From the IMG/VR virus record IMGVR_UViG_3300016484_001134, positions 1-43,307 of that record: a stretch of 43,307 nt of DNA. One strand, 5' to 3'. The position numbers and the translations under genes were made by a program. This document shows positions 7,832 through 16,091 of the stretch, piece by piece; the stretch's first letter is position 1; each line of letters begins with the position of its first letter. The notes under the pieces were generated by a model that was not told where the DNA came from, searched no databases, and was given only the letters and a program-made list of their open reading frames with translations. This DNA comes from a virus. Lineage: Duplodnaviria > Caudoviricetes.

Positions 7832-8178
7832 GACTCTAGATTCCTTTCGTACCAGTCAAGGTGCCGTTGAAGTTCCCATGCAAGCACCGGCACTGGTAGC
7901 GCTTGTAGGAAGTCTGTGTCCCAGGGAAGCCAAAGCGATCCAGGAGGGCCGCCGGTGTGATACGCCCAGCCATTGCATCGTCGACAATGCCTTGCGACAG
8001 ACTGCCACCCCGTCGTAACTCCCCCGCCAAGATCCACAGGGCAGGAAATATGGACTTGCCCGCAGGCCGGGCAGAAGAATAGCAGGCTGTTGGGGCGGGC
8101 GAGTTCTGCATGGACGAAGATGTGGGTGCGGGGGGTGGAGGCGATCAGTCGGCCTTCGATGATGAAGTGTTGCTGCAT
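7810..8178 (-). CDS. Hypothetical zinc-finger protein
   Basis: CPAC and CRRC pairs; coupled to neighbouring genes. Confidence 0.6.
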   Translation of the reverse strand: MQQHFIIEGRLIASTPRTHIFVHAELARPNSLLFFCPACGQVHISCPVDLGGGVTTGWQSVARHCRRCNGWAYHTGGPPGSLWLPWDTDFLQALPVPVLAWELQRHLDWYERNLESCQTTTI

Positions 8179-9179
8179 GATGCATCGTGCCCCCAGCTCT
8201 TCTCCCATTCCTCGATCGTCAGCTCTTGCCGCGCGAGCGGGTCCCAAACCCGCTGCTCGAAGTACATCGGCAGCCAGGTTTCCGGTTCAGCCGACTTGCA
8301 CACGCTGACCATCGAGCACCCACCGTACTCCGCGCAGGAATGGCCGAGGTTGTAGTCCCACCAGCCTTCCTGCCACATCTGCTTCATCCGCTCGATGTCT
8401 CGGCAGGTCTGCTCCAGCCAGCGGTCGATTTCGTACTGCGATCGATAGGTCGGGACTTGCTGGGTGTCGTACTTGGTCTTCAAGATCGACACACCCCGGA
8501 CGATGGCGCCGACTGCGTTGATCCCGAACTCCCGCGCGGCCCAGACATAGCCGGTGAACTGCGACCGCATTTCCCACTGGCGAGACCAGCTTGCCCCGAG
8601 CTGGCTTGTCGTCTTCTCGTCGAAGACGTAGATGCCGCCGTTGAAGTCGGCGACCATATCCGCCCGGCCGGTGTAGAGGATTGGGGCGTCGCTGACCGGG
8701 TGGCGGATGGGGAGGGGCTGGGCGAAGGAGAATTCGATCCCCCGGCTGCCGTCCGCGAAGGCGATGGGGTCGGCCCCGTCCTGGCCCAGGGGGTAGTTTT
8801 CGAAGTAGAACTCCAGAGCCCCGACGACACGTTCGAGGGACTTTGCCGAATCCGGCGGGCACTCGAAGTCGCCATAGGCATGGATGCAGGCACCAAGGCC
8901 TTCCGCAACGGCGTCTTCGAGCGAGGCCGAGCGTTCCCAGAAAGCCCGACGGGCGGTTTCGATGCCCTTGGCGAACGCCCCGCCCGCGACCAGATGGACC
9001 GACTCGGACTTCGGTTTCCAGTGCTGGACGTACTGGCGGAAGAACTTCTGCGGGCAGGAACGGAATGTTTCCAGCATCGACGAGTCAATGGCGTGGGGGA
9101 ACATCGGCCGGCTGGGGGCGACGGCGGAGGAATCCGCGACGTCGGACTTGGTGAAGATGGGGGTGTTGAGGATGTCCAT
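8145..9179 (-). CDS. PD-(D/E)XK exonuclease (RecB/Cas4-like, Cys-bracketed)
   Basis: S...FRSCP N-terminal Cys, EFSF, GRADMV, DEKTT, QFTGY, C-terminal C...C.....C. Confidence 0.85.
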   Translation of the reverse strand: MDILNTPIFTKSDVADSSAVAPSRPMFPHAIDSSMLETFRSCPQKFFRQYVQHWKPKSESVHLVAGGAFAKGIETARRAFWERSASLEDAVAEGLGACIHAYGDFECPPDSAKSLERVVGALEFYFENYPLGQDGADPIAFADGSRGIEFSFAQPLPIRHPVSDAPILYTGRADMVADFNGGIYVFDEKTTSQLGASWSRQWEMRSQFTGYVWAAREFGINAVGAIVRGVSILKTKYDTQQVPTYRSQYEIDRWLEQTCRDIERMKQMWQEGWWDYNLGHSCAEYGGCSMVSVCKSAEPETWLPMYFEQRVWDPLARQELTIEEWEKSWGHDASCSNTSSSKAD

Positions 9180-9183
9180 GGGG

Positions 9184-9399
9184 TTAGCCTTCTCTCACGA
9201 GGAGGTCGAAGCAATCTTCGCAGAGGCCGCTTATCTGCGTCTCCCGCCAGCCTGCTGCCGTGTGGGTGTTGTCGGGAGAGAACGGCTCCCCGCAGCAATA
9301 GCAGGTTCTGAAGAGCAGTCGGTTCTGCTTGTCAGCCTCTAGGTACTCGTAGGGGCTCTCCGGGAGCAGAATCGAAGGCCTGTTGATGGAGGGTTTCAA
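9184..9399 (-). CDS. Small Cys-rich hypothetical protein
   Basis: CYCC...ISGLCEDCFD; AGGAG RBS before a TTG start. Confidence 0.55.
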   Translation of the reverse strand: MKPSINRPSILLPESPYEYLEADKQNRLLFRTCYCCGEPFSPDNTHTAAGWRETQISGLCEDCFDLLVREG

Positions 9400-9435
9400 A
9401 GCGGTCTCCTGGGATTGCGCGTAGTGAAATACGCC

Positions 9436-9822
9436 TTACACTCGCCCCATCTTGGCGATGGCCATGAAGGTCCCAGCGAGCCGCGTGATGAGGGAGCGCT
9501 CGCCGCTGTAATCGCCTTCGAGCTTGCGCCCCGGCGCTCCCTCCACCCCGTCCAGCACAGCGTGGGCCTGGTCGAGTTCGTCCTTGTAGCGGGCAGCGAG
9601 TTCCCGGTTGTAAGTGTTGCTGGACTTGTTGGTTTCCAGCTCCTTCTCCAACCGTTCGACTTTGAGAGCCTGAGCCCGCAGATCGGACACTTCAATTCGA
9701 AGGTGGGCCAGCTGCCCCTGATAGGCTTTGTTGTCGGCTTCGAGGGACGAGACTTGGCTCTGAGCGCTGGCCAGCTGGCTGGTCAGGGATTGGACTTGCT
9801 CGGACAAGGTCAGACGGGACAT
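9436..9822 (-). CDS. Coiled-coil hypothetical protein
   Basis: Heptad-rich sequence MSRLTLSEQVQSL...; AGGAG RBS. Confidence 0.7.
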   Translation of the reverse strand: MSRLTLSEQVQSLTSQLASAQSQVSSLEADNKAYQGQLAHLRIEVSDLRAQALKVERLEKELETNKSSNTYNRELAARYKDELDQAHAVLDGVEGAPGRKLEGDYSGERSLITRLAGTFMAIAKMGRV

Positions 9823-9895
9823 GGAATTCTCCTGTGATTGGCGCCGCAGGAACGCAGCCGATAAGGCACCACGAGGATGCCCTAGGTGGCTGGGC

Positions 9896-10153
9896 TCAGT
9901 CGCCACAGGGAATCGACTTGATCAGCCGGCCTGTCAGCATGAAGACATACTCCTTGCCGGAGGCGTCTTCCATGACGAAGTCGACAGTGGGCTTGCCCGC
10001 CTCCGTGCCGTTCTTCACGACCACGACCTGCTTGACGTAGACCGGGGTGAATTGCGGCTTGGGGTAAGCGTAGCCCTCCTTGGTTGCCTGCCCCGGGTCT
10101 TGCACCGTCGCCACGCAGAGGGTGTTTTGGATTCCAGTGATTTCTTTCGGCAT
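9896..10153 (-). CDS. Hypothetical protein
   Basis: 85-aa ORF starting 2 nt after the upstream stop. Confidence 0.65.
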   Translation of the reverse strand: MPKEITGIQNTLCVATVQDPGQATKEGYAYPKPQFTPVYVKQVVVVKNGTEAGKPTVDFVMEDASGKEYVFMLTGRLIKSIPCGD

Positions 10154-10155
10154 GA

Positions 10156-10380
10156 TTACAGTCCTTCCAGTTGACTCAACAGATCATCCCCGTCCGGCTT
10201 CTTCGCGGCTTCCTTCTTCGCCCGCGTGACCTTGCTCCCGGCCGTGGGTTGTGCGACCTTCGCCCGTTCCCCGCGCAGGGCAGCGATGGCTTCCTTCATT
10301 TCCTCCTTGGTAAGCGTGCCCTCGCGGGCTTTCTGGCGCCAGAGGGCGACCTTGGCAGTCATTTCGGCAGAGGGGATCAT
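10156..10380 (-). CDS. Small basic helical protein with an acidic DxDxLLxxL tail
   Basis: MIPSAEM...KKPDGDDLLSQLEGL; GAGGT RBS downstream of a promoter. Confidence 0.7.
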   Translation of the reverse strand: MIPSAEMTAKVALWRQKAREGTLTKEEMKEAIAALRGERAKVAQPTAGSKVTRAKKEAAKKPDGDDLLSQLEGL

Positions 10381-10398
10381 GAGGCACCTCGAAATTGT

Positions 10399-10440
10399 GA
10401 AATCCGTTCGGATTATGGCCGCGTAATCCGTCGGTGTCAA
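10399..10440 (-). promoter_or_regulatory. sigma70 promoter (TTGACA-N17-CATAAT) overlapped by 42-bp palindromic element copy 1
   Basis: GAAATC cgtt CGGATTA tggccgcg TAATCCG tcgg TGTCAA; -35 at 10435-40 and -10 at 10412-17 on the minus strand. Confidence 0.75.
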
Positions 10441-10462
10441 CGGTTCCGGGCCAAGTCCTGGC

Positions 10463-11731
10463 TCACGACAGATGCAGTTGTGTCTTCGGCCGGCTGCCAG
10501 CCACGTAGAGGCAGCGGTAGGCTTCCTGCCGGTCGCGGTTGAGCAGGATGTCCCGCCAGTCCACGAACGCGTTCCGGTAGCTCGAGCCCTGCGCCCTGTG
10601 CGCGGTGATGGCGTAGGCCCAACGGAGCTTGTGGAAGGCTTCCTTGAATTCCCAGAAGGCCTTCCACTTCCTCCGTTCGATGCGGGCTTCCTGGGCCATG
10701 GCCTCGGCCCGGCGAGTGAAGGCAGCGAGGCTCTCCTCGTGCAGCACGCGAGCGACGACGAGCTGATTCGTGTCGAGCTGGATCGTGACGTTCCAGACCT
10801 TAAAGTCCCCATACTCTGGGTGCCAGCCTTCCGACACCGCCTGCACTGTGCCTTCGTCGTCGGTCGAAGCGACCTTCTTGCCTTCGAGGTCGTAGGCCGG
10901 CTCCATGAACAGCACGCGATCGCCGGGGACCCACGGCCCCTTCGCGCCGGGGAACAGAACCTGCCGGATCTGCTTGTTGTACTTGTCAACGGTGACGTTG
11001 CGCCAGGCGATGATCTTCGACTCGTCGGGCATGGCGAAGGAATCGACGACGTCGAGGGCCCGCCGCAGGAAGGCCGATTCGCTGGAGTGCTTCCAGACCC
11101 CTTCCTCCCCGTCGTTGTTGCTGGCCAGCGAGATCGTCGGCACGGCCCGGCCGATCTGCTGCCGCACGCGGGTGACGAGGTCCAGGATCTGGTTGTCGTG
11201 CCGCATGACCTTGGTCAGGGAGACCTGCTGGGGGATCTTGAACACGTCAGACAAGGGTTCACCGACAGGCGGGAGTTGGCAGTCATCCCCCATGATGAGG
11301 ATTTTTGCTTGCGCCCCGAAGGCTTCGCGGTAGATGTGGGACTTGAGCACGGAGCCGATCATGCTACCTTCGTCCACGACGACAAGGCGATAGCGGGTCA
11401 GGTCCACCGGCTCGTCGGGGGTGGTGAGTTCCTTGACCTCGCCGTTGGCGGACAGGCTCAAGCCCAGAAGGGAATAGATCGTCGAGCACTCGGGCTTGTA
11501 GTCCGGCCGGGTGAGGGTCTGACGCAGCACCCGCGTGGCCTTGTTGGTGGGGGCGGTGAAGGCAATACGGCCCTTGATCTCTGGCAGGAGGGATTGCAAG
11601 GTGAAGGTCTTGCCGGTGCCGGCCGGGCCCCGCATGAGGAAGAAACTGGTCTCTTCCGACCAGGGGGCGTGGTACCAGGCAAGGATGGCGTCGATCGCGG
11701 CTTGCTGTTCGGTGTTGAGTGGGATGGTCAC
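10463..11731 (-). CDS. Dda/RecD-like SF1B DNA helicase
   Basis: GPAGTGKT, APTNKA, TIYSLL, VVDEGSM, GDDCQLPPV, MRHDN, AYAITAHRAQGS, LYVAGSR. Confidence 0.92.
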   Translation of the reverse strand: MTIPLNTEQQAAIDAILAWYHAPWSEETSFFLMRGPAGTGKTFTLQSLLPEIKGRIAFTAPTNKATRVLRQTLTRPDYKPECSTIYSLLGLSLSANGEVKELTTPDEPVDLTRYRLVVVDEGSMIGSVLKSHIYREAFGAQAKILIMGDDCQLPPVGEPLSDVFKIPQQVSLTKVMRHDNQILDLVTRVRQQIGRAVPTISLASNNDGEEGVWKHSSESAFLRRALDVVDSFAMPDESKIIAWRNVTVDKYNKQIRQVLFPGAKGPWVPGDRVLFMEPAYDLEGKKVASTDDEGTVQAVSEGWHPEYGDFKVWNVTIQLDTNQLVVARVLHEESLAAFTRRAEAMAQEARIERRKWKAFWEFKEAFHKLRWAYAITAHRAQGSSYRNAFVDWRDILLNRDRQEAYRCLYVAGSRPKTQLHLS

Positions 11732-11764
11732 AGGGACTCCAGTTTTGAGGGGAGAGGAAGGGGG

Positions 11765-12391
11765 TTAGCGGCCTTTGAAGAACTGGGCGTAGGTGGCCAT
11801 CGAAGCCATGGTGATATCCGCGTCCGGCCGCTCCAGCGGCGAAGCATCCGCCCATTCGTCTTTCAGCCTCCTGATCGCAACCCCCAACAGCCGAATACGG
11901 TCCTTGGCGGTTGCCTCCTTGGCAAGGAGCTGCTGCCGCTTCTGCTCCAGCACTCCGGCCGCGTAGTCCATGCCCTTGCCCTTGTGCATGTACCAGCCCT
12001 TGGCGGTTTCGAGCTTGTGCAGCTGCTTGCCAGTTCCGGCGAGACTGGCTTCGTCGCGGGCACGCTGCTGTTCGAGGAAAGCAATCGCCCGTTCGTGGGC
12101 ACGTTTGAGCCCGCTGTCAAACGCCGCACTCCAGGCCTGCATCAGCACCTGCTCGACGATTTCGTCGTCGGAAATCGGCTGCGGGCCAAAGTCCGTCTGC
12201 CCCGTTTCGTCGTAGGCCTTGCGCCGCGTGCTGTCGGAGAGGATGGCGTAAGCCTGGTTGAGTTCCGCCGCGGCCTTGTCGCTGCCGCCTTCGCGGTCGG
12301 GGTGCGCGGCCCGGATGAGGCGGCGGTAGGCGGCCTTGATGTCGGAAAGGGAGGCGTCGCGGGGGACGCCGAGGACTTCGTAGGGGTTCAT
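11765..12391 (-). CDS. J-domain (DnaJ-like) co-chaperone
   Basis: NPYEVLGV...IKAAYRRL...HPD...LNQAYAILSD..RRKAYD. Confidence 0.9.
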   Translation of the reverse strand: MNPYEVLGVPRDASLSDIKAAYRRLIRAAHPDREGGSDKAAAELNQAYAILSDSTRRKAYDETGQTDFGPQPISDDEIVEQVLMQAWSAAFDSGLKRAHERAIAFLEQQRARDEASLAGTGKQLHKLETAKGWYMHKGKGMDYAAGVLEQKRQQLLAKEATAKDRIRLLGVAIRRLKDEWADASPLERPDADITMASMATYAQFFKGR

Positions 12392-13224
12392 TTGGTTTGG
12401 TCCTTGTTGATCGGTTGGCCCCATCGCACCACCTGGTCGGGCCGGTAGACATGCAGCATTCCGGCCACAGGTGCATCGAACTCCAGCACAACACGCTGCT
12501 CTCCTGCCGTGGTCACGAATTGGGCTACAACGGTTCCGGTGTGCTGGAAGCTGCCGCCAACCTTGGCCACGTGCTTGCCAACGAGGTCTTCGACGGCGCC
12601 GCCTTGGAAGGAGTTGGAAGGAGCCGGCCCCGCCGAACAGCCGTGAAATCCCTGCTCTACTTGCGCGGGGGGTTCAAACCGAGCCTCAATCGACGGCATA
12701 GCCTCAACTTCAGACGGCCATGTCTGCCGCGACTGCCTCCAGCACAGACGCCCGTAAGCGATCATGTCCTCGTAGGTGAATTCCCGCTTGGCCTCTGCCT
12801 GCTCGGGCGCTGAGGGGGCGGCGGGCAACAAGCCACACACGTCCACCGACATCATCGCCATGTTCGCCACATCTGCGGCGTGCTCCAGGATGCCGTGCGC
12901 ATCGTTGCTGAGCAGCGACTTTTGCAGCTTGGCGACATGGTGGTGGACCTCCAGAACCGCGGTCTTGCGATCCATCAAGAGCCAACCAGGGCGGTCTCCT
13001 TTGGCGGCGTTGGCGTGCAGCTCCTTGCGCATGAGTGCCAAGAAGGGGAGCAGCACGTCGTCGTACTTCCCTGACGCTGCGGGCGCCTGCTCGGTGGCGG
13101 CGAGGGCGTCGATTGTGTCGAGCAAGTCGCCCGCTAACAGGTCTGCTTCCTCAGCCATCGACGCCAAGCTGATAGCAAGTTGCCGGCACTTTCCGACCAG
13201 CTCTTCACGTGTCTTAGCCACCAT
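12388..13224 (-). CDS. Multidomain protein: MazG/dNTP pyrophosphohydrolase-like helical domain plus a C-terminal SH3-like (DfrB-fold-like) domain
   Basis: ILEHAADVANMAMM motif; C-terminal VGKHVAKVGG...GTVVAQFVT...LHVY. AGGAGG RBS before ATG 13224. Confidence 0.55.
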   Translation of the reverse strand: MVAKTREELVGKCRQLAISLASMAEEADLLAGDLLDTIDALAATEQAPAASGKYDDVLLPFLALMRKELHANAAKGDRPGWLLMDRKTAVLEVHHHVAKLQKSLLSNDAHGILEHAADVANMAMMSVDVCGLLPAAPSAPEQAEAKREFTYEDMIAYGRLCWRQSRQTWPSEVEAMPSIEARFEPPAQVEQGFHGCSAGPAPSNSFQGGAVEDLVGKHVAKVGGSFQHTGTVVAQFVTTAGEQRVVLEFDAPVAGMLHVYRPDQVVRWGQPINKDQTK

Positions 13225-13228
13225 GATC

Positions 13229-13453
13229 CTAAACCTCCTTACTCCGTTGGTCCTCAATCTCCTGCAAGATCGCCGGCATGGCGCCGTACTTGTCGCAGAA
13301 GCCCGTGATGTCGATGCTTATGAGGCCGGCATGCCTGTTGAGGTACACCGCCGCCAGTTCCCAATAAGCAGACCCCTCGCCTGTTTCAACCACAACGGCC
13401 GTTACTGGCAGAGGGGAGGATTGGAGAATGTACTGCTTCTGCGTCATTTCCAC
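13229..13453 (-). CDS. Hypothetical protein
   Basis: 74-aa ORF tiled between neighbours. Confidence 0.5.
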   Translation of the reverse strand: MEMTQKQYILQSSPLPVTAVVVETGEGSAYWELAAVYLNRHAGLISIDITGFCDKYGAMPAILQEIEDQRSKEV

Positions 13454-13785
13454 GCCCCCGCGTACTGGTCAAACACATCCGCCGCCCGGCCGTAGCCCAG
13501 CGCTCGCAGTTCCGCCGACACGCGGGATTCGACCTGCATCGAGGCCGTGCAGGGATCGTCCTTGTGCTCCGCCTGGATCCGCTCCAGCTCCTGCGCCAAG
13601 CACCGCCGCCGCTCGATCAGCTCGAAGTGCTCCTTGATCAGCTTCGTCACGAAGGTCTGCCAGGCGCCGAAGGGCACCCGCCCTTCAAGGTCACTGTAGA
13701 GTTCCAGCTCAACCCGGGCGCAGAGATCGGTGGGGAGGTGAATGTGCTTGTCAACGCTCGGGTTGACTGACTTGATGCGGGGCAT
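13444..13785 (-). CDS. Hypothetical protein, possible ribbon-helix-helix DNA-binding N-terminus
   Basis: KHIHLPTDLCARVELEL (strand-helix pattern); AAGGA RBS. The RHH call is tentative. Confidence 0.5.
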   Translation of the reverse strand: MPRIKSVNPSVDKHIHLPTDLCARVELELYSDLEGRVPFGAWQTFVTKLIKEHFELIERRRCLAQELERIQAEHKDDPCTASMQVESRVSAELRALGYGRAADVFDQYAGAWK

Positions 13786-13800
13786 GGAGAGCGAGTCCTT

Positions 13801-14073
13801 TTAAGGGGTGAAGGGAAGTTTTTGGGAAGGAATGGCAAGGCGGAGGATTTCGTCGTATCTCCAGATCCTGCCGCTGGGCTGCGTGACCATGGCGGCCTTG
13901 CCTTGGTACTTGAGCCAGCAGCCCAATTCCACTGGGTGCTTGGCAGTTAGGCCACGCTGTTCGTAAGCTTGCCAGGGCACCCAGAGGTAGTCCGGCTTAC
14001 TTCCGGCGCCAAGGTAGTCGCTGTTGCGACTCCCCCAGATCGTGCGGTCCTTGACCGGCAGCTTGTAGGGCAT
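13801..14073 (-). CDS. Hypothetical protein
   Basis: 90 aa; GGAGG RBS. Confidence 0.6.
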   Translation of the reverse strand: MPYKLPVKDRTIWGSRNSDYLGAGSKPDYLWVPWQAYEQRGLTAKHPVELGCWLKYQGKAAMVTQPSGRIWRYDEILRLAIPSQKLPFTP

Positions 14074-14075
14074 CT

Positions 14076-14297
14076 TTAACCTCCCCAGAGCTTGCCTGCT
14101 ACAAACAGCACTATCAGCACGCAGGCAGCGAGCACGAGCCGCATCAGCCGGCCGAGCAGGATGTCGAGGTGGTCTTGCTGCCAGCGACCGGAGCCTGGCC
14201 GGGTGTACTCCCCATGCTTGTCGACGAGGTCGACGGGGAATTGGGACTGTGAGTGCTGGCGCACGGCAGTGCGGGAGGGAAGGGGTTGCTTGGGCAT
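14076..14297 (-). CDS. Small protein with a C-terminal transmembrane helix
   Basis: LVLAACVLIVLFVAG hydrophobic tail. Confidence 0.6.
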   Translation of the reverse strand: MPKQPLPSRTAVRQHSQSQFPVDLVDKHGEYTRPGSGRWQQDHLDILLGRLMRLVLAACVLIVLFVAGKLWGG

Positions 14298-14306
14298 GGT
14301 GGTTGC

Positions 14307-14576
14307 TTAGAGCAGGAAGTTATCGTAGTGGAGCTTTCGGTCGGGGATGCCCTTCAGCCCTCCGACGAGCGTCATGCTTTCCCAGATGTCGTCGCCAACT
14401 GCGTCGAGCAGCTCGTTCATGTCTTCAAGGCTCGCAGCGACGATTCGTGTCCGAACAAAATCCGTCACATTTTTCGCTGGCTCCCGCAGCTGCATCGCAA
14501 CGACCACGGGAATGGCGTCCTCCTCTGAAAACAACAACCCGCCGGCGTAGCCCAGTGGCATTATCAAGTAGTGCAT
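14307..14576 (-). CDS. Hypothetical protein
   Basis: AAGGAG RBS before ATG 14576. Confidence 0.6.
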   Translation of the reverse strand: MHYLIMPLGYAGGLLFSEEDAIPVVVAMQLREPAKNVTDFVRTRIVAASLEDMNELLDAVGDDIWESMTLVGGLKGIPDRKLHYDNFLL

Positions 14577-14599
14577 GTTCGTCTCCTTGGCCTTTGGCC

Positions 14600-15103
14600 T
14601 CAATCAGTAATCCATTCCGTTGCTGTCGCAAGATCCCACCCCTTCCCCAGCGCGCATTCCTTGCACACCGGGGACTGGCTCGTGCGGATCGCGACCTCAT
14701 TGGGCAGATCGGCCTTGGCCGCGTCCACCGCCGTCCAGCGTTGGCTCATCTTGAGGTGCCTGTGCACCTGCCGCTGCATGAGCCCGGTAAAGATCATGTG
14801 CTCGGCGCCGCACATGCAGCGATGCCGGGTGAAGGTTGCAACATTGGCAACCCCTTCCCATTCGTGGCGGGCTTCCCAGGCCGCAATCCGCTCCGCATCG
14901 GCCTTGCGCTCGGCGGAACTCAGCCCGCCTCGCTTGAGCCTCTCGCGCGATTCCCGGGCCTCCGCTTCTTCCCGGCGTTGCGCCATGGATTCCGACATGA
15001 GGGATTCGAGGGGGTCGCTGTCGTCGGCGGCCGTGGTTTCGGCGAGAAGAGCTTCCAGCTCATCATCGCCCGCATCAACGGGGACGGGGAGTGTGTTGGA
15101 CAT
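14600..15103 (-). CDS. Hypothetical protein with acidic N-terminus and Cys pairs
   Basis: CMCG...CKEC; GGAG RBS; downstream of a promoter. Confidence 0.7.
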   Translation of the reverse strand: MSNTLPVPVDAGDDELEALLAETTAADDSDPLESLMSESMAQRREEAEARESRERLKRGGLSSAERKADAERIAAWEARHEWEGVANVATFTRHRCMCGAEHMIFTGLMQRQVHRHLKMSQRWTAVDAAKADLPNEVAIRTSQSPVCKECALGKGWDLATATEWITD

Positions 15104-15135
15104 TGCGGCTCCAGTTTTGTAGCGAGTGTGATTCG

Positions 15136-15188
15136 GAAACCCATCCGAATTACCCCGCCATAATACGTCGCAATTTCCTCCGCGTCAA
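15136..15188 (-). promoter_or_regulatory. sigma70 promoter (TTGACG-N17-TATTAT) overlapped by 42-bp palindromic element copy 2
   Basis: GAAACC catc CGAATTA ccccgcca TAATACG tcgc AATTTC (15136-15177); -35 at 15183-88 and -10 at 15160-65. Confidence 0.72.
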
Positions 15189-15361
15189 CCAAGCACTACG
15201 CCCGACAGAGAGAACTGGAAAACTCTCGTGTCGGGCGCATTGCCCCCGTCTTTCCGGGGTGTCAGGCAATCGAGGGGACTTCTCAACCACCAATCCGCCA
15301 GGGCCGCAAGGAGGGTTGGGGCTTGCGGCCCGCGGCGAATCTTTTCCGGCCGGCCAGTCGC

Positions 15362-15913
15362 TTAACTGGCCAGCTCCCCCAGCAGGGCATCCGTGTCCAC
15401 CTTGCTCGCGCCCTTGCTGGCCTTCTCGGCTTCCAGCCGCTCGACAATCGGCTTGACCTTGGGGTTGTTGCGCAGGGCGACCTTCTCCGCCTGCGTCTTG
15501 CCCTTGAGGAATTCCTTGACCTTCTCGATCGGCTGGCCGGTTTGTTCGACCAGGGCGCGGGCCAGGACGCTCGTGCCGGCCAGGCCATTCGCCTCGCGGG
15601 TCTTGCCCCACTCGCCGGCTTCCAGGCGCTGCATCAGCTCGTCGACCGCCAGCACGCAGTCGTCGATGTCGTCCAGGCCGGCGATTTCGTCGCCCAGCTT
15701 CTGCTCGGCCCCGTGCGCAGCGAACTTCGCCTGCATCTGGTCCGGGATCGTGAACAGGCGCGTCTCGCCGTTGCGGAAGTCCAGGCGGACCTGCACACGG
15801 CCTTCCGCCGTGATGGACGATTCCTTGATGAGCTTCTTCTTGCCCGCGAACTCGACGATGCGTGCATCGTCCATCGTCACGGTTTCGATTTGCGGTTCGG
15901 GTTTGGCAGCCAT
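15362..15913 (-). CDS. Conserved hypothetical early protein, paralog of 18204..18791
   Basis: AAHG..QKL.D, RL.AGEW, K...E..ALR.NPKV and VD.D.LL.EL.S are shared with 18204..18791; AAGGA RBS. Confidence 0.8.
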   Translation of the reverse strand: MAAKPEPQIETVTMDDARIVEFAGKKKLIKESSITAEGRVQVRLDFRNGETRLFTIPDQMQAKFAAHGAEQKLGDEIAGLDDIDDCVLAVDELMQRLEAGEWGKTREANGLAGTSVLARALVEQTGQPIEKVKEFLKGKTQAEKVALRNNPKVKPIVERLEAEKASKGASKVDTDALLGELAS

Positions 15914-16013
15914 GTTGGCAGTTCCTTGGGTTGCGGCAGGCACTTGGGTTTGGTGAGGTCGCCGTGCGGTGGGTGCTTGCCGGTATGCCCACAATTGCGC
16001 GGCGATTGGAGAG

Positions 16014-16042
16014 AGTATGGGAAGCGAATCGAGGGCTGTCAA
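16014..16042 (-). promoter_or_regulatory. sigma70-like promoter
   Basis: TTGACA-N17-CATACT. Confidence 0.65.
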
Positions 16043-16091
16043 CAAAATCCCGACAAGGGAATGGGGGATTGGGGAACTACTTGCGAAATTG

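Noticed and set aside
10472-12448. Long antisense ORFs (e.g. 10472..12448 +, 22174..24078 -, 27017..28138 -, 34268..35539 -, 3..581 +)
   Set aside because: They shadow well-supported genes on the opposite strand, as expected in GC-rich DNA with strong codon bias, and show no motifs.
15947-15959. 13-nt complementarity between the candidate ncRNA (4920-4932) and the leader of the 15913 gene
   Set aside because: Matches of this length are expected by chance many times in a 43-kb genome, and there is no other support.
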